Of a stretch of 64,000 nt of DNA, positions 60,613 to 64,000 are shown one piece after another (positions within the stretch are counted from its first letter, which is position 1; each line of letters opens with the position of its first letter). The translations under genes and the position numbers were made by a program. The notes beneath the pieces are model-generated. The model had not been told where the DNA came from. It worked only from the letters and a program-made list of their open reading frames with translations, and ran no database searches. Source of the DNA: Aureliella sp. GTDB taxonomy: Bacteria > Planctomycetota > Planctomycetia > Pirellulales > Pirellulaceae. The stretch covers positions 1,120,001-1,184,000 of the forward strand of contig OY829846.1 in the NCBI GenBank assembly GCA_963691875.1, given 5' to 3'.

Positions 60613-61914
60613 CTACATCAACTTACTGCCAACTGCCCACAGCTTGCTGCCCAACGCCCAAAGAAAGAAGAGCAGAGCAATGACAAGCAAGCCATTCACA
60701 ACGACACCACTCCTCGCTTTCTCACCAATCCACTCCGTCCGATTATTTAGCACCAAGAGTGCGCTTGCGACTATCGGAATGAAGAGAGCTCCTACAACGC
60801 CATTGACTAGCATCGCCGTCGTGAAGTCTACCCAAATCAGTCCTGATATGGGCGCAATGGCGAGCACTGCCAAATGCCAACTGTAAACATTCGAGTCGGA
60901 GAGCTTTTCGTTAGAGCTCTTTTTATCTTCGGCAGCTCGCTGTTCCGACAGAAGAAGACGCCAAAAGTCAGTAAACAGATATGGCACACTTTGCCAAACG
61001 CCGAGCAGCGAACTAAAGAAAGCTCCCCAAGCTCCGACAAAGAACGCCCACTTGGCGATCGCCCCCAGAGCACCGAGCTTCGCTTCTAATGTCTCGGCCA
61101 CGTCAATCACCAGCGTCGCTCCTTTGCCTTCCAAGTTGAGTTGACTACCGATCACGACCATGGCCAAACCAAAGATCGCCGTCATCCCATAGCCGATGGC
61201 CAAATCAATGCGACATGTCCTCAGGTCGCTCCACTGAGTACGAGACTCCTCGCGAATCCAATATCCGTAGCAAAGAATAGTTACGGTACCACCGATTCCG
61301 CCCAGCAAGGCAACGGTCCAGTTCAAGCCTTCGCCGCCAACCTCCGGAATCGTTGGTATTACCAAGCCAGCCAAGAACTCACCAAGGGGTGGTGCCAAAG
61401 CGATCGCCGTTCCGCAGACGACCAAGAACATCATGCCAATGCAGACACTCATCACTTTTTCAAAAACACTATAGCCGCCGAACATGACCAGGACGGCAGC
61501 AATCAGACTTTGCGCGATGCCATAGAAGATTTTGCTCTTCGAGGGATCTTCGAAAATCGGATAGATCGCGTATGCCGCCACACCACAGGCACTCATCAGC
61601 GCCATCGCGACCAAGTAGCTCCAAATGATCAAATAGATCATGAACAGCCATTGCGCCCACTTCGGCAAATGCCGTACGGCTCCTTGCAAAATGGTCGTGC
61701 CAGTTGCCAGTTGCCAACGAGTAAGCCCCTCGTTGAGAGCGTACTTCAATACGGCACCGACGATGACAGCCCAAAGAATGGCCATACCAAGCTTTGCACC
61801 GGTAAAAGTGGCTGTAGCTAGATCGCCAGCACCGACACCTGTTGCCGCAACTAAGATCCCGGGGCCAATAATCGAAAGCCCCGAAAGAAACGAGGACCTG
61901 GGCTTGTCACTCAT
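60613..61914 (-). CDS. Nramp/MntH-superfamily transporter
   Basis: GPGILVAATGVGAGDL, about 11 TM helices; lacks the canonical DPGN motif, so substrate uncertain. Confidence 0.8.
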   Translation of the reverse strand: MSDKPRSSFLSGLSIIGPGILVAATGVGAGDLATATFTGAKLGMAILWAVIVGAVLKYALNEGLTRWQLATGTTILQGAVRHLPKWAQWLFMIYLIIWSYLVAMALMSACGVAAYAIYPIFEDPSKSKIFYGIAQSLIAAVLVMFGGYSVFEKVMSVCIGMMFLVVCGTAIALAPPLGEFLAGLVIPTIPEVGGEGLNWTVALLGGIGGTVTILCYGYWIREESRTQWSDLRTCRIDLAIGYGMTAIFGLAMVVIGSQLNLEGKGATLVIDVAETLEAKLGALGAIAKWAFFVGAWGAFFSSLLGVWQSVPYLFTDFWRLLLSEQRAAEDKKSSNEKLSDSNVYSWHLAVLAIAPISGLIWVDFTTAMLVNGVVGALFIPIVASALLVLNNRTEWIGEKARSGVVVNGLLVIALLFFLWALGSKLWAVGSKLM

Positions 61915-62066
61915 CTTGCTGTTCTTCCCAAGCCAACGAACAAAAGTTTTCGGCAATGTTGATAGCCGATTCCGAGCCTCGGCGACACACGAGGCTCAGT
62001 TTATATCGTTTGCTAGGCGCAAAATAGCAGCCTTTGCCAAAGTTCCTGCCGCAGAATGGCAGATCG

Positions 62067-63146
62067 CTAAAGATACTCTTCCCAGCCTCGGGTCTTGAGC
62101 TGCTTAACGACTTCGCGTACTCGTTCTTCTTCTGCGGTCGGAGCAACTAGAGTTGCGTTATCGGTATGCACCACGATCGCGTCTTGCAGGCCAATAGTAA
62201 CGAGCAAATGATCGTCATCGCCGTAGACAATCATTCGCTGCGACTGAATTGGCAAATACTTGCCGCGAACACAGTTGCCCTGCTCATCCGGTTCGGTTAG
62301 TCTACCGATCGATTGCCAGCTTCCTACATCGTCCCAGTTGAAAGTAGCTTCGATCACCGCGACGTCGTCATATCGTTCCATGACCGCGTAGTCGATCGAG
62401 CGGCCATCAATCTTTGGAAACTCGCGTTCGAGTGTGACTTGGAAGCCTGGCGTCCCCATCGCGGCGGAGATGGCGTCGATGTGCTTCATCATCTCGGGTT
62501 CAAATTTTCGCAGGGCGTTCAGGATGGTCGTGGCCCGCCACATGAAGATCCCACTGTTCCAGTCATAGTTACCAGCGGTCAAATAAGCTTCAGCTGTCTC
62601 ACGATTCGGCTTCTCTCGAAAGCACTCGACTTTGTAAGCGCCACCAATTCCGCCGCTCGAGAGCGGTTCGCCTCGCTGGACGTAGCCGAAGGACTCAGCG
62701 GCGTAACTTGGACGAATTCCAAACGTGACGATTCGATCTGGCGACTCCTCAATCAGCTTCACCCCATTGCTCATGCAGTCTTGAAACTGAGCGTCGGTGC
62801 TGATGATATGGTCAGCAGGTAGCACCAGCATGATAGCTTCGGGGTCCGCTGCGTAAACGAGCGACGCGGCCAGCGCCACGCAAGCCGCAGTGTCGCGTTT
62901 CATCGGCTCGCCCACAATTTGTTCAGGTGGAACGTCCTGCAGTTGCTCTCGCACCGCTTCCACCAAGTGTTTGTTGGTCATCACCAACGTATGCTCAGGA
63001 GAAATCAATCCACTAAGTCGGTCGTGCGTGGCTCGCAACATCGAAGCCGAGCCAACAAGCTGCAACAACTGCTTTGGGTTCTGATTGCGACTGGCGGGCC
63101 AAAAGCGGGTTCCGGACCCACCAGCCATAATGACTGCGTGAAGCAA
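62067..63146 (-). CDS. manC: Mannose-1-phosphate guanylyltransferase
   Basis: AVIMAGGSGTRFWPASR..PKQ, EP..RDTA, PADH, FREKP, WNSGIF, SIDYAVME, WDDVGSW; TTG start with GGAG SD. Confidence 0.93.
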   Translation of the reverse strand: MLHAVIMAGGSGTRFWPASRNQNPKQLLQLVGSASMLRATHDRLSGLISPEHTLVMTNKHLVEAVREQLQDVPPEQIVGEPMKRDTAACVALAASLVYAADPEAIMLVLPADHIISTDAQFQDCMSNGVKLIEESPDRIVTFGIRPSYAAESFGYVQRGEPLSSGGIGGAYKVECFREKPNRETAEAYLTAGNYDWNSGIFMWRATTILNALRKFEPEMMKHIDAISAAMGTPGFQVTLEREFPKIDGRSIDYAVMERYDDVAVIEATFNWDDVGSWQSIGRLTEPDEQGNCVRGKYLPIQSQRMIVYGDDDHLLVTIGLQDAIVVHTDNATLVAPTAEEERVREVVKQLKTRGWEEYL

Positions 63147-63844
63147 ATCGAGTCTCCATTCCAAGGTAGGGCAATGGCACCGGTGGTCAGTGCCGTCGAT
63201 TAGGGCATTCAAATTTTATGACTTCTGGCGACTCTTCACCACCGTAGACTTTCTCGATCGCCGTTACGAATCGAGAGGAGGTGTAATGAGCCGCAACACG
63301 CCATTAGAGGGACGTTGTGGAGGGTCGGGCCGCGATAGAGTCAGTTCGCTGCGTTCAAAGAATGCACATCTGCACCGAACCAGCAGACTTGAGTTCTGAC
63401 TGTGTATGTTTGTAGACGGCTGACTTCTGTGGGAAACGTGTTTGCACCATGCTCCTTCGTCTGAGTTGCATAAACAGGAATTGTACAATGCACCGGTGCA
63501 CCAGTTAGACCAAAAGAGTCCTCGGTACAAGGAGTTGCTATATTTCAGATCGCGTGTCCAAGAATGTCTGACATGGCCTGCGATGTTCGGGGTGCTAGGT
63601 CACGCAATCACCGTCTCGACTCGCTCCGCTTGAGGGGACGAGCGGCGTTCATTTCGGGGGAGTGGCGGGGGGGCGGGGTTCGATTGGAACCGCTGGGAGT
63701 TGTTGCCAATCCGGACCGGCAAGCTAAAACTGTACAACAGTTGGCTGATTTCAGCCAAGCTCGCGGGCTCGTCCTACAGGGCTTTCCACTAGCTGAAGAA
63801 GATTAGCCTGTACTCACCATTCCGCCCAAGTGCTTGGAGTTTCC

Positions 63845-64000
63845 ATGACGCATCGACGGGAGTTTGAGAACCCGCAGATAAGCAATCCAACGCTTTCTGC
63901 CGGTCAATTGCAGAAGATCTTGAATATCCAGCGGCAAGTCGTAGAACAGGCCGTTATTGCTACAGATCACAATAAGTTGCTTGATGAACTGTGCCTGCTC
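63845..64000 (+). CDS. 5' fragment of a probable GAF-containing sensor protein (runs off window)
   Basis: GGAG SD then ATG 63845; MTHRREFENPQISNPTLSAGQLQKILNIQRQVVEQAVIATDHNKLLDELCLL open to the window end. Confidence 0.5.
   Translation, partial: MTHRREFENPQISNPTLSAGQLQKILNIQRQVVEQAVIATDHNKLLDELCLL

Overview
A chromosomal window from a Planctomycetota bacterium, most likely Pirellulaceae-like. The assignment rests on two DUF1501 genes, a PSD1/PSCyt cytochrome gene, a PVC-type heme-binding propeller/HEAT protein, a DUF1559 protein, sulfatases, planctomycete-type ECF sigma factors and a PEP-CTERM protein. Core genes present: hemD (partial), tgt, tRNA-Thr(CGT), tag, gltA, rpsB-tsf, a TM-type RNase Z, cysC, lptB, a dgkA-family gene, aspC, an Nramp transporter and manC. 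I see no CRISPR array, prophage, integrase, transposase or rRNA. The most interesting intact gene is a TPR protein with two tandem RNA polymerase alpha-CTD domains whose DNA-contact loop is altered. Also notable are a secreted protein with ten DPFG motifs, two propeller-plus-solenoid proteins, a Zn-ribbon/kinase/RDD fusion and an LptB with an Arg-rich tail. Several apparently intergenic stretches are decayed genes that the ORF track hides: an ABC ATPase/permease pair, a DUF1801 gene with one in-frame TGA, an S24/S26-like gene, a TIGR03067-like gene and a tandem DUF1559 paralogue. Degenerate REP-like hairpins and a 15-bp tandem repeat are also present. All family names come from motif recognition by eye, not from database searches.
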